Source: Felis catus
Taxonomy: Eukaryota
Assembly: GCF_018350175.1 (NCBI RefSeq)
Contig: NC_058383.1
Span: 6,078,001 to 6,142,000 of the forward strand
Length of the DNA: 64,000 nt
Direction of reading: 5' to 3'
Shown here: positions 12,797 through 24,012 of the stretch, piece after piece
Position numbering within the stretch: position 1 is the stretch's first letter
Layout of the letters: each line of letters begins with the position of its first letter
Position numbers and translations under genes: made by a program
The notes under the pieces: generated by a model
What the model was told of the DNA's origin: nothing
Databases searched by the model: none
What the model saw: the letters and a program-made list of their open reading frames with translations, nothing else

Positions 12797-13002
12797 GGTT
12801 TTTTTTTTTAATGCTTATTTATTTTTGAGAGAGAGAGCATGAGCAGGGGAGGGGCAGAGAGAGAGGGAGACAGAATCTGAAGCAGGCTCCAGGCTCCGAA
12901 CTGACGGCACAGAGCCCGACGCAGGACCCGAACCCGTGGACCACGAGATCATGACCTGAGCCAAAGTCAGACGCTTAACCAACGGAACCACCCAGGCACC
13001 CC
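12797..13002 (-). mobile_element. Can-SINE (SINEC_Fc-like)
   Basis: 'ttatttatttttgagagagagagcatgagcaggggaggggcagag...cacccaggcacccc'. Confidence 0.94.
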
Positions 13003-13169
13003 AGGCCACCCCCCTCTGCCGATAGTCGTGTTTCATTCTGACCTACCTTTCTGGAGGTCATTGTCAAAGAAGCAGCTTTGAAACCCCCTGCCTAGGAGGC
13101 AGCTCCTTTGGGAGAATTGAAGCCCATGAACGTTGTATTCTGAAAAGCATGTAGCTACCTTTTGGTCAC

Positions 13170-13452
13170 TTTAAGAAAATTGACACAAAATCGTGAGGGT
13201 GGAGCCCTCCGAATGGGATTAGTGCTCTTATAAAAGAGGCCACAAGTGGGCTCCCTCTCCCTTTCAGCCTTGTGTGAGGACACAAGGAAGAGATAGCTAT
13301 CCAGGAACCAGGAAGTGGGTTCTCACCAGACACCAGATCTGATGCCTTCATTTGGATTTCCGAGCCTCGAAAGTGTAAGAGAGAAATTCCCCTTGTTTAT
13401 AAGACCCCCAGTCTGTGGTAATTTGTTAGAGCGGCCCAAACAGACTTACATA
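13170..13452 (+). mobile_element. MLT1A-like MaLR LTR fragment
   Basis: 'gggattagtgctcttataaaagagg...gtgaggacaca...ctcaccagacaccagatctg...ccagtctgtggtaatttgttagagcggccc'. Confidence 0.75.
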
Positions 13453-15189
13453 ATGTGTCTACAAAGCACACAACCACGGTGCCCCCCACCCCAGACGCCG
13501 TGTCAAGCACTCGCGGAGGACTCCGGCGATCGAAGGAAACCTGCTGCAAGGCCAGCAGCAGCGAGGTCGGGCAGGAGAGCTGACAGGTCGAGGTTCTGAT
13601 TGTAACTGGGCAGCTCCCCGGCTCCGGGGTCCTGGGCACCGCCTCCGCGCGCTCGCAGATGCCCACCCACATCCAGGGGGCGCCCGGGATTGGGGGGCGG
13701 GGTCTCCATGCACAGAGCCTCGGTGGAGCCTGCACGCAGACCCACGGCCCCCAAAGGCGAGCTCCGTGGTGGCGCACGAGGCTCCACTGGCCAGGACATC
13801 TGCAAGCACCGTGCACAGGCTGGAAGAGTCCAGCATCAGGGACCTGGGTTGTAACTTGGAACGCCCAGCTGGGATCCAGGCTGCAATTGAGAGCGTTGCG
13901 GAAACAGACGGCGTCCTTCATATTCATGCACGGGGGAAGGGGGGATTCTTCCCGAACCTGCCCAGAGCTGACAGCAGCGGTGAAGTCCACAGCCTCGTTC
14001 CCGGCTCTCGGTGTCCCCCAGGCCCGCACCTTCCTCTCTAGGACAGTTTCTCCAGGTGCCCATCAAGGAGCGTGTGGCCCAGCCAGGGTCGCGGTGGAGA
14101 CTCAGAAATCGGCTCTCGCAGACACAGACTTGCTTTCTCTTTAAGCTCAGCGGGCCCCGCCCCTCTCCACTCCTAGCTTGGGCATCAGCAGACGATGCTG
14201 GGAGTGCAGGGCCAGGTGGCTGTTCAACCCAGGATGGCAGCCTGGGAGTCTATGCCCCCTTGGCCCATCTGGTCAATAAGAAATGGAAGATCAGAGGATT
14301 GGAACAGGTTAATGGAACATTCTAGGTCTCAGCTATGAGAACCTTTGCTCGAGGGGAGAATTGAAGGAATGAAGAAGGAGGGGGCAGTTTTATCCTGGTC
14401 TCATAAAAAGGCAATGTGAACAATCCTCAGCTGCTACTGGGCCCATTAAAGGCCTAATTTCCATTCACCTATAACTTTATTAGGCTCATCCGAGCTATTC
14501 ATCAGACAAGCCTGTCTTGAAAAGGGTGGATAGTGGCTTTTATTAAAATGTCTTCCCCGTGGCAGATGCATTAGGTTTTATGGCCCCGCACACACAGCTG
14601 CCTTCACAATGGGAAAGAGCTGCCTCACCATTGCTAGGGCCGACAGAGGTGACAGGTAAGACCTGGGAGACCAGATGTCCCAGGCATCCATTCCCCATGC
14701 ATGGGCCTCAGCGTCTGGAGTGGGTGTCAGCCTCATCTCTGCAAGTTTGGGTAAAAATTTCCGTCTCAGAGAGCTACCAGAGGACTCTTGCATATCCCTG
14801 GCCCCCACCAATTCCCAGCTGCTCTGCCCTTCAGCCACGTGCTGGAGTCTGTGTGTATTTTTGGAAACTGGTCCCAGAGTAGAGCCTTTGGAATCTGGAT
14901 AAGGGGTGGTCAGGCTGCTGGCAACTGTGATAGGGGGCCCTGGGGTCCCAGGGCTTGGCAGGTTGTGGAAAACGTGGAGGGAAAGTGACACAGGAAGCTA
15001 GACAGAGAGCCGCTCAACAGTAGAGAGAGAGGGAGGAGAGCCCCCAGCAATGGAGGAAGGGAGCGTCTTCCCTGACTTCCCTGTGGGGTTGCAGGTCTCT
15101 TCTGCCTTGGATAAAAAACCCCTTGTGGGGACAAGTGGGGCAGGGGGCTCAGAGTGAATCCCCCAGGATCAGGGGCCAGCTCTGCAGTT

Positions 15190-15385
15190 TTGCCACCGAG
15201 TGGCCAGGAGCAAGTTACTTCGCCTCTCTGAGCCTTGGTCTCCTCATCTGTGAAACGGAGCTCACGGGCCATGATGCTGAATCGTTGGTGGGATTAAAGC
15301 AGACAGATCTCGCAAAGCATTTAGCAGCGGGCCTGACGCATAGCAAGCCCAGAACTCGCACCAGCTGTTATTATGATGGTGGCAA
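15190..15385. mobile_element. MIR remnant
   Basis: 'gcaagttacttcgcctctctgagccttggtctcctcatctgtgaaacggag...aaagcatttagca'. Confidence 0.7.
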
Positions 15386-16019
15386 TCGTGCCCCATGATG
15401 AGCAAGTGTTGAGGGTGACAGAGATGCCACATGTTCTGCCCCGTGCTCAGCTGGAATGAGGAGGCTGGGATATCAACTCCTCCCAAGTTAGTTCCAAAGC
15501 CAAGTGGCTGCTGAGCCCCAGCTGACCACAGGAAGGGAGGGTTGTGCTCTAGCCCGGGTGAGTTGGCTTGCACATTTGTCTGTCTGCCCCAGGAAGAATT
15601 TCTAAATAATTCATTGCCATTGACAATCCTTGCAATGTTACTAAAGAGAACATACCGAAACCCTACCCTTCTAGAGATAATAGTGCTAACCTGTCTCATG
15701 GGCCGTCGTCTGGATTACATGAGTCAGATCACAAAAAGAACTTGAAGCCAAGTGCTGTGTGTGTATTTAGAGTTTTCTTGAGGATTCTGGCTGCCATCAT
15801 GAAACAAAATGGCAGCCAGCATATTTCCCACAAGCAGATCGCTGGTTGTTCGTGGGGCTGTTTCCCGGATTGGTAGAGGTTGTAGAGAGAGGGGAAGATC
15901 CTGAGTGGAGTCAGCTCACCTCTCGAGCCCAGGTCCTACTCTGGTGCCTGGTCACAGGATGGGCATCTCTTCCCACACCCTTGACCCCTGCTGCCCATGA
16001 CATTCCCTTGCTGCAGTAC

Positions 16020-16440
16020 AGGGAGTCCAGAGAGAGTAAGTCGGAAACCCTGAGGGGCACTGGGAGACTTGGGGGCTTTGGGGCAAGGGTGAGGCATAAC
16101 CCACCTAGGTTTTAACGGGCTGAGACCAGACCACGAGGGGATGGGACAGAAGGTATGGCAGTAATCCACGCAAGAGATGGTGATGCCATGGACCCAGGCT
16201 AGGACATGTAGAACTGGAAAGAAGGGAGTAGATTCTGGATAAAGTGTGAAAGCTGCCAGTGGGATTTGTTGACAAACAAATGAGCTATTTGAAGAAGAGC
16301 GAGAGCAAAGTCCAGAGCAAGCCCAAGCGTGGCCGGAGACACAGGAAGAATGGAGCTGCCATCACCGGAGATGGGGAGGCTGTGAGGAGCAGGATGGAGG
16401 TGGACCGACGCTGACAGGAGATGAGGGGCTCTCCCCAAGG
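16020..16440. mobile_element. L2 LINE remnant
   Basis: 'gcagtaatccacgcaagagatggtgatg...ggaagaatggagctgccatcaccggagatgggga' is typical of the L2 3' region. Confidence 0.6.
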
Positions 16441-17299
16441 CCACTGGGAGCCCGTTTCAGGAGACAGGAAGAGGCGGCAAGGGCAGGAAAGTGGGAGGTC
16501 AGGGACCCCACCAGCCTTCTGAGTGTTCGTCTTCAGGAGGGCTGCCCCGCGGAGCCCTCACCGGCCAGCCCGGCCTTCCACTCCTGCAAAGCCTCGTGCC
16601 TGTCTTGGGGGAGAGAGAGAAAAACACCTTCAGGGAGGAGATTGGCACTTCTCCTCGTCGTCACACAGCCCCGAACTTCTAACAGAGCGGAGGGTCCTCT
16701 AAAAGGAACAGTTGACCTGGCCCTGCTGCCTTCTCTTTGATGGGCCTCCTCGTCTCCAGGCCCGGCGCCTCTCAGGCCTGAGCCCGCTTGGACATTCTGC
16801 ACAAAGGTGCGACTTGCCTGGTAAAGAACCAGAATTCCTCTCACTTCAGAAAGAAAACCTCCGCGTCTGCCAGTGGCCTCACATCTCTCCCTCTCCATTC
16901 TCAGCGTGAGGCTTGGGCTCTTTATAATTCATCAAAAAGGCCACACATAATGAGCTCGGCTCGTACTCTGCAGCGAGGGCTGTCAGCTCACCTCTTAAGA
17001 GCCCCGCATCCTGGCCGGGGACCCTCAGATCTCGTCGTCCTGAGGCTGGGGCTGAATCACCTGTGAGTCAGGCATCGGGCCGAGCCAGCACTGCCCTCCT
17101 CCCGAGGACCTTGCAACCTGTGTTCCAAGGAGGCCCGGCCAGCGGCCGTCACTGATGCCATCTCAAAACTCTCCTGACCATGCTGGAAGGAAGGTACCTA
17201 CATACCCATTGTGCAGACGTGAAAGCTGAGGTGCCGTGAGGTTTAGCAGCTTACCTGAGGTCCCTTGGCAGGTGTCTAGTAAAGAATCAACCTGATCCT

Positions 17300-17815
17300 G
17301 GTCTTTGTCCTCACCTCCTGGGAGGTGGTCTCTTAGCCCTTGGAACGTCCCGCCTGACAAGAGGGTTTTTGTTTACCATATGGACCACGTCTATATGCCT
17401 GAACCCCGATGAAGAACACCAAGACTCAGGTGAGCCCCCTGGTGGACAGTGCTCCATGCATGTGGTCGCATGTTGTCGCTGGGCAATGTGAGCACTGTCC
17501 TTGACCCCACGAGGGGGGACAACCGGAAGCTCTGCATGGGGAGCCCTCCTGGACCCTGCCCCACAGGGTCCTTCAGCTGATCTGAATCTCTGTCCTTTGC
17601 TGTAATAGACCATAGCCATGGGTACAGCAGCTCTCAGCGAGTCCTGTGAATTCTTCCAGTGAATTAATGGAACCTGAGGGTAGTCTCGGGGACCCCCAAA
17701 TTTGCAACTGGTGTCAGAAACGAGAGTGGCCTTGGAAACCCCTGAATTCTGCCACTGAGGTCAGAGGTGAGGACTTGCGACCTGTCCCCTAACCTAGTCC
17801 CCTAACTTCTGGACT
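17300..17815 (+). mobile_element. MER21-like ERVL LTR remnant
   Basis: 'tcctttgctgtaata...gagtcctgtgaattcttccagtgaatta...cctgagggtagtctcggggacccccaaatttgcaactggtgtcagaa' matches my recall of the MER21 consensus. Confidence 0.6.
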
Positions 17816-17832
17816 AGAAGAGAAGAAATTTC

Positions 17833-18020
17833 GGGGGCACCTGGGTGGCTCAGTCGATTAAGGATCTGACTTCAGCTCAGGTCGCGATCTCACAGTTTGT
17901 GAGTTTGAGCCCCACCTTGGGCTCGCTGCTGTCCGTGCAGAGCCTGCCTCAGATCCTCTGCCCCCACTCCCCATCTGCCCATCCCCTGCTCATGTTCTCT
18001 CTCTCAAAAAAAAAAAAAAA
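17833..18020 (+). mobile_element. Can-SINE
   Basis: 'ggggcacctgggtggctcagtcg...' with a poly-A tail followed by an AT-rich tract to ~18080. Confidence 0.92.
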
Positions 18021-18389
18021 GATATTTATATATATGTTTATATAATCTAATTGTATATATAATTATAATTTATATTTAAAAACAGATATCTCTGCTGTTT
18101 TTAGCCACCGTGAGCCCAGGACGAGGACCTCAGCACATCTGTAACTCACCAGCTCTGAGTCTGTGGTAATTCTATAGCTGCCCTAGGCAACAAATACAGG
18201 CCTTCCCCTCCAGAAGCTTCTGCCAGAGCAACTCTCTGCTTTCAGCTCCTAGAGAAAGGCCCCTGCTCCGACAGCATCTTTTTCAGGCCACCAGCAACTT
18301 GCCTTGTCTGTTCGTTCCCTCAACCACCGTGGTGGCCCTGAGAGCAGCCTTTCCTTGCCCCTCCCCCACTTTCTCCCATTCGGGGCCGC

Positions 18390-18790
18390 ATCAAGCGTCC
18401 TGGGGCCGTCCTAACAAATCGCCACAAAGTGGGGGGCTTGAACAACAGAAATGGATTGTCTTGCAGGTTATGGCGCCTGAGTCCAGGATCAAGTTCTCAA
18501 TCCCCTGTGGAGACTGGGAGGGAGAAACCACTCCATGCCTCCCTCCCGGCTTCTGATGGCCGCTGGCCTGCAGACACATCAATCCAACCTCTCCTCCACT
18601 GTCACTGTCACATGGCCTCCTCCCCTGTGTGTCTCTGTGTCACCTCCTCTTCTTCTAAGGACACCAGTCATTGGATTAAATGATCCCTAAAACCAGAGTG
18701 GTTTCCTCTTGAGGTCCCGTAACTAATTCCATCTGCACAGGCCCAATTCCAAATAAGGTCACTTTCTGAGGTCTGGGGGGACATGGCCCC
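18390..18790 (-). mobile_element. MLT1B/C-like MaLR LTR
   Basis: 'ggcttgaacaacagaaatggattgtct...taaggacaccagtcattggatta...ttccaaataaggtcactttctgaggt'. Confidence 0.75.
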
Positions 18791-19234
18791 TGGCCTCATG
18801 GGACATACGACTGGGGAGGACCAGGCCGGACCAGAGGGAGATTCACTGGGCCACCCGCCCACCGCCCAGCGGCCCTGCCTCCCCGGGGGGGCGGGGGGCG
18901 CTCTGGTGTCACCGTTCCTGCCAGAGGAAGGAGGACCCGGTTCTGGAGCCAGGCGCTGGCTTCCAGAGTGTACGTGCTCAGGAGGCTGTCGTGTTGATGA
19001 AAATACCGCAGAGCCGTCTGCAGGGTTCTTCCTTCTCACTGCCTCTCCAGCGCCTGAAATAAATGAGAAAGAGATGTTCCTGGCAGAGTCTGTGGAGGAA
19101 CTCCATGGCAGGAATGAAAATTGGCTGCAGCATCCAAGAAATCCTTGAATGGAAAGGGATTTCTAGGACAACACACCTCTAGGAACAGAGAGTGTCAGTG
19201 GTAAAGCCCGGGGGAGGGAGGGAGGGACGCCAGC

Positions 19235-19625
19235 CTGCAGCGGGCGTGTCTGCGCGCGTCCGCGGACGTCCCCCCCCCCCCCCCCCCCCGCGTGCACACC
19301 GGCGCAGGTGCACATACCTGCTGGCGGGGCGGGAGCGCGGGCGGGCGTGGGGGACGCAGCCCAAATCACGGCCCACGTAGGCTTTCTTCTACTGGCGGAC
19401 CATCTGTCCGCTCCTGCCGCCACCCCCACGCCCACCGGCCAGCTGGGGTCACCTTGTCCTGTTACATTTTCACAAAACTGGCCTTGGCCCCTGTCCAGGG
19501 CCTGGGAGGGACGCCAGCCGCCTGCTGTCCCCGGGCGGGTTCCGCTGAGGCCCACGCGGCTGCAGCCCCCCCTGGCGCCAAGTTCCTGCTTTCGCTGAAC
19601 CCTGCATCCGCCCTGCGTCGTCTGG
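19235..19625. promoter_or_regulatory. Small orphan CpG-rich island with C20 run and GC boxes
   Basis: Dense CpG (gcgcgcgtccgcggacg, gcggggcgggagcgcgggcgggcg), C20 at 19270-19289, no gene exon nearby. Confidence 0.55.
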
Positions 19626-20612
19626 TCTCCTCCGCCAGCCCGCCCTTTTCCTCCAGGCATCACATCTTTGGAGCTTCAGGGACTGGCTGAACTGCCCGTG
19701 AACTTCCGCCTGGCTCCGTCACAGCCTCCAACGTCCTTAAACTAAAACGAGGCAAGCCCGCGGCCAGTCCTCTTCTGGGGCCATTCTGGCCAGAGAGCCC
19801 TCACCTACCCCTGTTCGGGCCTCACCAAGGCCCCTCTTTCATCAGAAGGCCCATGAGGGGTTGGCCAAACAAAGACCGTCCCCGCTGCACCCCCAGCCCC
19901 TTGTCCCTCCAATCCCCCGTCCCTGCCCCAAATGGAATCTGCCAGATCCACAAGCCCCACACACCGCTAAGGCCAGGAACACACCCCCTTCCAGCCCCTC
20001 CCTGGGGGCCCTCTCAGCCCTCCTCAAGGCAGTCGATCTCTTGGTCCTTCTAGAAACACATGTTGGAGAAACCTGCTGGTGTTTGCCCCAACCTCAAGCT
20101 GTGGTGGTGAGAATCCAGGGAAGTGTGTGCCTGATCTGAAACCCTTTTCTTACAGAGGGGAAACTGAGGCCAGAGAGAGAATCAGCTCGCCTAAGTCACG
20201 CCACGAGTGAGTGTTCCCAGGGCACAGAGACCCCAAGTCTCCTGACTCGGCATGAGGTCTTTATCCCAGCCCGTGGGGCCAGCAGGCGCTCCCAGGCACT
20301 GAGCTATGAGTGGGGGTTTCCTTAAACACCCCAGAATCCTCGAAGCTCTTGGAATCCCCAGCTCTCTGAATGAGCGTCTTTTCCCGGCTGTTAGAGCTGG
20401 GATCTCTGATGCAGCCAAAATTCAGTTGCAGGCAGGGCCTGGATGTCTCTTGGGAACCCCTTTCCCTGTCTCTAGGTTCGGGGGTGCCAGACTATGATGC
20501 GGACAGAATTTAGCACCATCCTGTCTTGTCTCCACTCCGGTCCCCAAGGTACTCAGCGTCCCCATCCTCCTCCCCCTTGGAGGAGGACATTTTTGCCAAA
20601 AGCATTAGAGAA

Positions 20613-21223
20613 CTGTTATGGACTGAATGTTTGTGTCCTGCCCACTCTGCCAAATTCATATGCTGAAGCTCTGATGCATCCCCAGTGGGACTGGTATTAG
20701 GAAATAGGGCCTATATAATCCAGGTTAAATGAGAGCACAGGGTAGGGCCCTGACCCAACAGGATTAGTGTCCTTATAAGATGAAACACCAGAAGGGTGCC
20801 TGGGTGGCTCAGTCTGTTAAGCGGCTGACTTTGGCTCAGGTCAAAGTGGGTTCGAGCCCCACATCAGGCTCTGTGCTGACAGCTCAGAGCCTGGAACCTG
20901 CTTTGGATTCTGTGTCTCCCTCTGTCTCCCTGCCCTTCTCCCACTGTCACTCTCTCACTCTCTCAAAAAATAAACATTAAAAAAAAAAAAAAGATGAAAC
21001 ACCAGAATGTTCTCTTTCAAAACCCATGCACCGAAGAGAGGCCATGTGAGGACACAGTGGGAAGGTGGCCGACTGCAAGCCAAGCGCAGAGCTCTCACCA
21101 GAACCTGAATCAGCCGGAGTCCTGATCTCAGACTCCCAGCTTCCGGAACTGTGAGAAGATAAATCTCTGTTTATACCCAGTCTGTGTGGTCTTTTGTTGT
21201 GGCAGCCCCAGCGAACTCAGACA
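20613..21223 (+). mobile_element. MLT1A-like MaLR LTR interrupted by a Can-SINE
   Basis: Starts 'tgttatggactgaatgtttgtgtcc', ends 'ttgttgtggcagccccagcgaactcagaca'. Confidence 0.8.
20794..20990 (+). mobile_element. Can-SINE with 17-bp TSD
   Basis: TSD AAGATGAAACACCAGAA at 20777-20793 and 20991-21007. Confidence 0.95.
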
Positions 21224-21431
21224 AGAACCGAAATATTTACAGATTGAAATGAAATCAAGTGTGAGAGATGCCTCAAATCGGTACAGAAGAGGAAGTGAGC
21301 AGAGAATAAACAGGATCGGCTGCAAGCCGATAATTGTTGAAGTTTGGTGACAGGTGCATGGCAGGAAGGGGGGTCGCACTTTTTCTCTCTACGTTTATGT
21401 GTTAGAAATGCTCTCTAATAAAATATTTGGG

Positions 21432-21841
21432 TTTTTTAGTTTGTTTATTTTATTTTGGAGGGGGAGGGGCAGAGAGAGAGAGAGAGAGAGAGAGAATCCC
21501 AAGCAGGCTCCATGCTGGAACTCATGACACATGAGATCATGACCGAGCTGAAATCAAGAGTTGGACATTCATGGGGTGCCTGGGTGGCGCAGTCGGTTAA
21601 GCGTCCGACTTCAGCCAGGTCACGATCTCACAGTCCGTGGGTTCGAGCCCCGCATTGGGCTCTGGGCTGATGGCTCAGAGCCTGGAGCCTGCTTCCGATT
21701 CTGTGTCTCCCCCTCTCTCTGCCCCTTCCCTGTTAATGCTCTGTCTCTCTCTGTCTCAAAAATAAATAAACGTTAAAAAAAAAATTAAAAAAAAAAAAAA
21801 AAGAGTTGGACATTCAACCGACTGAGCCACCCAGGCACCCC
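21432..21841 (-). mobile_element. Older Can-SINE interrupted by a nested opposite-strand SINE
   Basis: The body reads continuously (...gaaatcaagagttggacattca|accgactgagccacccaggcacccc) once the insert is removed. Confidence 0.9.
21573..21800 (+). mobile_element. Young SINEC_Fc nested in an older SINE
   Basis: 16-bp TSD AAGAGTTGGACATTCA at 21556-21571 and 21801-21816. Long poly-A tail. Confidence 0.95.
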
Positions 21842-21869
21842 TCCGATGAAATGTTTGTAAAAATAGTAT

Positions 21870-22031
21870 AGTGGAGTGGGCCATGAAATCAATTCAGTGG
21901 GTCACAATCAGCATTTTTTAAATGAGACAGAATAAAATAGATAGAATAAAATAGATAGAATAAAATAGAATAAAATAGATTATACTAGAATCACAGAATT
22001 ACAATAATGTAATACTTTGTGAAACTTTTGC

Positions 22032-22078
<47 letters not shown>

Positions 22079-22145
22079 TGTACTGGGTCTGAATGTAAAA
22101 TGTACTTCTTACTGTGGGTCATGGTCAAAAGACCTGGAAAGTCAT
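21870..22145. mobile_element. MER103-like hAT-Charlie remnant containing (AATAG)-type and (TG)n(AG)n microsatellites
   Basis: 'gtgggccatgaaatcaattcagtgggtc...atgtaaaatgtacttcttactgtgggtcatggtcaaaa'. Confidence 0.6.
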
Positions 22146-22169
22146 TTCTCATGGTTGATTTGACCATGG

Positions 22170-22380
22170 CCTCCACAGTCAGATTGCCTGGGTTCTGGTT
22201 TGGCCACTTCCTCCTGGCTGTGTGGCCTTGAGCAAGTCTCTGCCTTAGTGCAGCTAATAATCACAGCCTCCATCATAGGATCGATGGCAGTTTTAAGTGA
22301 GCTAATACATGTGAAGTGCTTCCAGCCATTCTCCTAACACAGTGCAAGAGCTCAATACATAGTAACTATTACTGTAGTGG
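22170..22380. mobile_element. MIR remnant
   Basis: 'gtcagattgcctgggttc...gctgtgtggccttgagcaagtc...taagtgagctaatacatgtgaagtgct'. Confidence 0.7.
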
Positions 22381-22773
22381 CCATGATATATAAAGCGGTT
22401 GGTACTATCGTGTCAGGAATTTGTTGGCCTGAAATGGGAGGACGTAGGTTTTATAAGAAGAGAAAGACAATGCGCGACCACTGTTACAGAACGAAAACTC
22501 ACTGAGCAAATTTGAGGATCCAGTTGGCTTTAATCAACAATTCGTGATTCGGTCAGCATCCCACCCAGTATCAGACAGATATCTGCTCCCAGGAGCTGTA
22601 CAATATGGAGGGCTTTTACGGGCAGGGGGCAGGGCAAGGAGGTTATTAGCAAAAGAAAAGAAAGGTTTATTTCAGTCAAGGTTATCTTCCCTCAGGGAAG
22701 AGATGTGGTCTTATCATACCTCACTATGCTGATGGGGAAATTCCAGACTGATCGCTTTAAAGTTCCACTTCTA

Positions 22774-23001
22774 GGGGCCCCTGGGTGGCTCAGTCGGTTG
22801 AGCGTCCAACTTCGGCTCAGGTCAAGGTCTCCTGGTCTGTGAGTTCGAGCCCCGCGTCGGGCTCTGGGCTGATGGCTCGGAGCCTGGAGCCTGTTTCCGA
22901 TTCTGTGTCTCCCTCTCTCTCTGCCCCTCGCCTGTTCATGCTCTGTCTCTCTCTGTCCCAAAAATAAATAAACGTTGAAAAAAAAATTAAAAAAAAAAAT
23001 G
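22774..23001 (+). mobile_element. SINEC_Fc
   Basis: TSD AAGTTCCACTTCT at 22760-22772 and 23002-23014. Confidence 0.95.
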
Positions 23002-23049
23002 AAGTTCCACTTCTGGAGAGGCTGACATTGCAGTAGTCTTAAAAAAAAT

Positions 23050-23248
23050 TCTTTTTTAACATTTATTTGTTGAGAGATGGAGCATGAGCAGGGGAGGGGC
23101 AGAGAGAGAGGGAGACACAGAATTCAAAGCAGGCTCCAAGCTCCCAGCTGTCAGCACAGAGCCCGACGCGGGGCTTGAACTCACAAACCCCGAGATCATG
23201 ACCTGAACCGAAGTCAGATGCTTAACCGACTGAGCCACCCAGGCATCC
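23050..23248 (-). mobile_element. SINEC_Fc-like
   Basis: TSD CTGACATTGCAG(T/C)AGTCTT at ~23022-23040 and 23249-23267. Confidence 0.95.
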
Positions 23249-23313
23249 CTGACATTGCAGCAGTCTTAAGTTTGCTATCCTGGGGCAAGTGAGTCTGCTT
23301 TGGGCCTTTTCTT

Positions 23314-23365
23314 TTCTTCCTTCCTTCCTTCCTTCCTTCCTTCCTTCCTTCCTTCCTTCCTCCTT
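23314..23365. repeat. (CCTT)n microsatellite
   Basis: Read directly. Confidence 0.9.
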
Positions 23366-23629
23366 CTCTTTCTCCCTTTCTTTCTTCCCTTCTTTTTTTA
23401 AACACCACAGAGGGAATAATGGTGGAATTTTAGGCAGCGTGGCCCTTCGGTCATTTACGAATATTAACTATTTCACTCAGTAAGTATTATGGAATGCCCA
23501 CTATGTGCTAGTCCCAAGACACTGGCCACAGAGTTGAACAAGACAGATATGGCCCATGCCTTCATGGAGCCCACCCCTTACCTAGGAAGAAAAAGCAAAC
23601 AATTCATTGTGATAAAAATGTCATTATTA

Positions 23630-23812
23630 GGAGTTGCCTGGGTGGCTCAGTCAGGTAAGTATCTGACTTCGGCTCAGGTCATGATCTCACGGTTCATGGG
23701 TTCGAGCCCCGCATTGGGCTCTGTGCTAATAGCTCAGAACCTGTTTCTGATCCTCTGTCTCCCTCTCTCTCTGTCCTTCCTCTGCTCTCTCTCTCTCAAA
23801 ATAAATAAACAT
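23630..23812 (+). mobile_element. Can-SINE
   Basis: 'gcctgggtggctcagtcagg...ctctctctcaaaataaataaac'. Confidence 0.9.
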
Positions 23813-23917
23813 TTTTTTTAATTCCATTACTGGAATAGGAAACAAAATAGGGTGATGGGGAACCGCAGAGAGGGGCAGGCGGTAACCTGACAACAGATTG
23901 TTGTTAAGACTCAGCCA

Positions 23918-24012
23918 AGGGGCACCAGTCTGGCTCAGTCAGTAGAGCATGTGACTCTTGATCTTGGGGTTGTGGGTTCGAGCCCCACGTTGGGTGTAGA
24001 GATGACTTAAAA
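23918..24012 (+). mobile_element. Short Can-SINE (tRNA-head type)
   Basis: 'ggggcaccagtctggctcagtcagtagagcatgtgactcttgatctt...ggttcgagccccacgttgggtgtagag'. aagactcagc occurs on both flanks. Confidence 0.85.

Larger units (their letters stand above)
22481..23315. mobile_element. Probable ERV1-type solo LTR interrupted by two Can-SINEs
   Basis: Begins 'tgttacag'. LTR-like sequence continues across both SINE TSDs. Family is inferred. Confidence 0.45.

Noticed and set aside
22785..22967. Recurrent 'MAQSVKRPTSAQV...' 60-70 aa ORFs across the window
   Set aside because: Translations of Can-SINE bodies, not a gene family.
23918..24012. tRNA gene (also 56972-57070 and 51356-51458)
   Set aside because: tRNA-derived SINE heads with A tails and TSD-like flanks, no intact acceptor stem.
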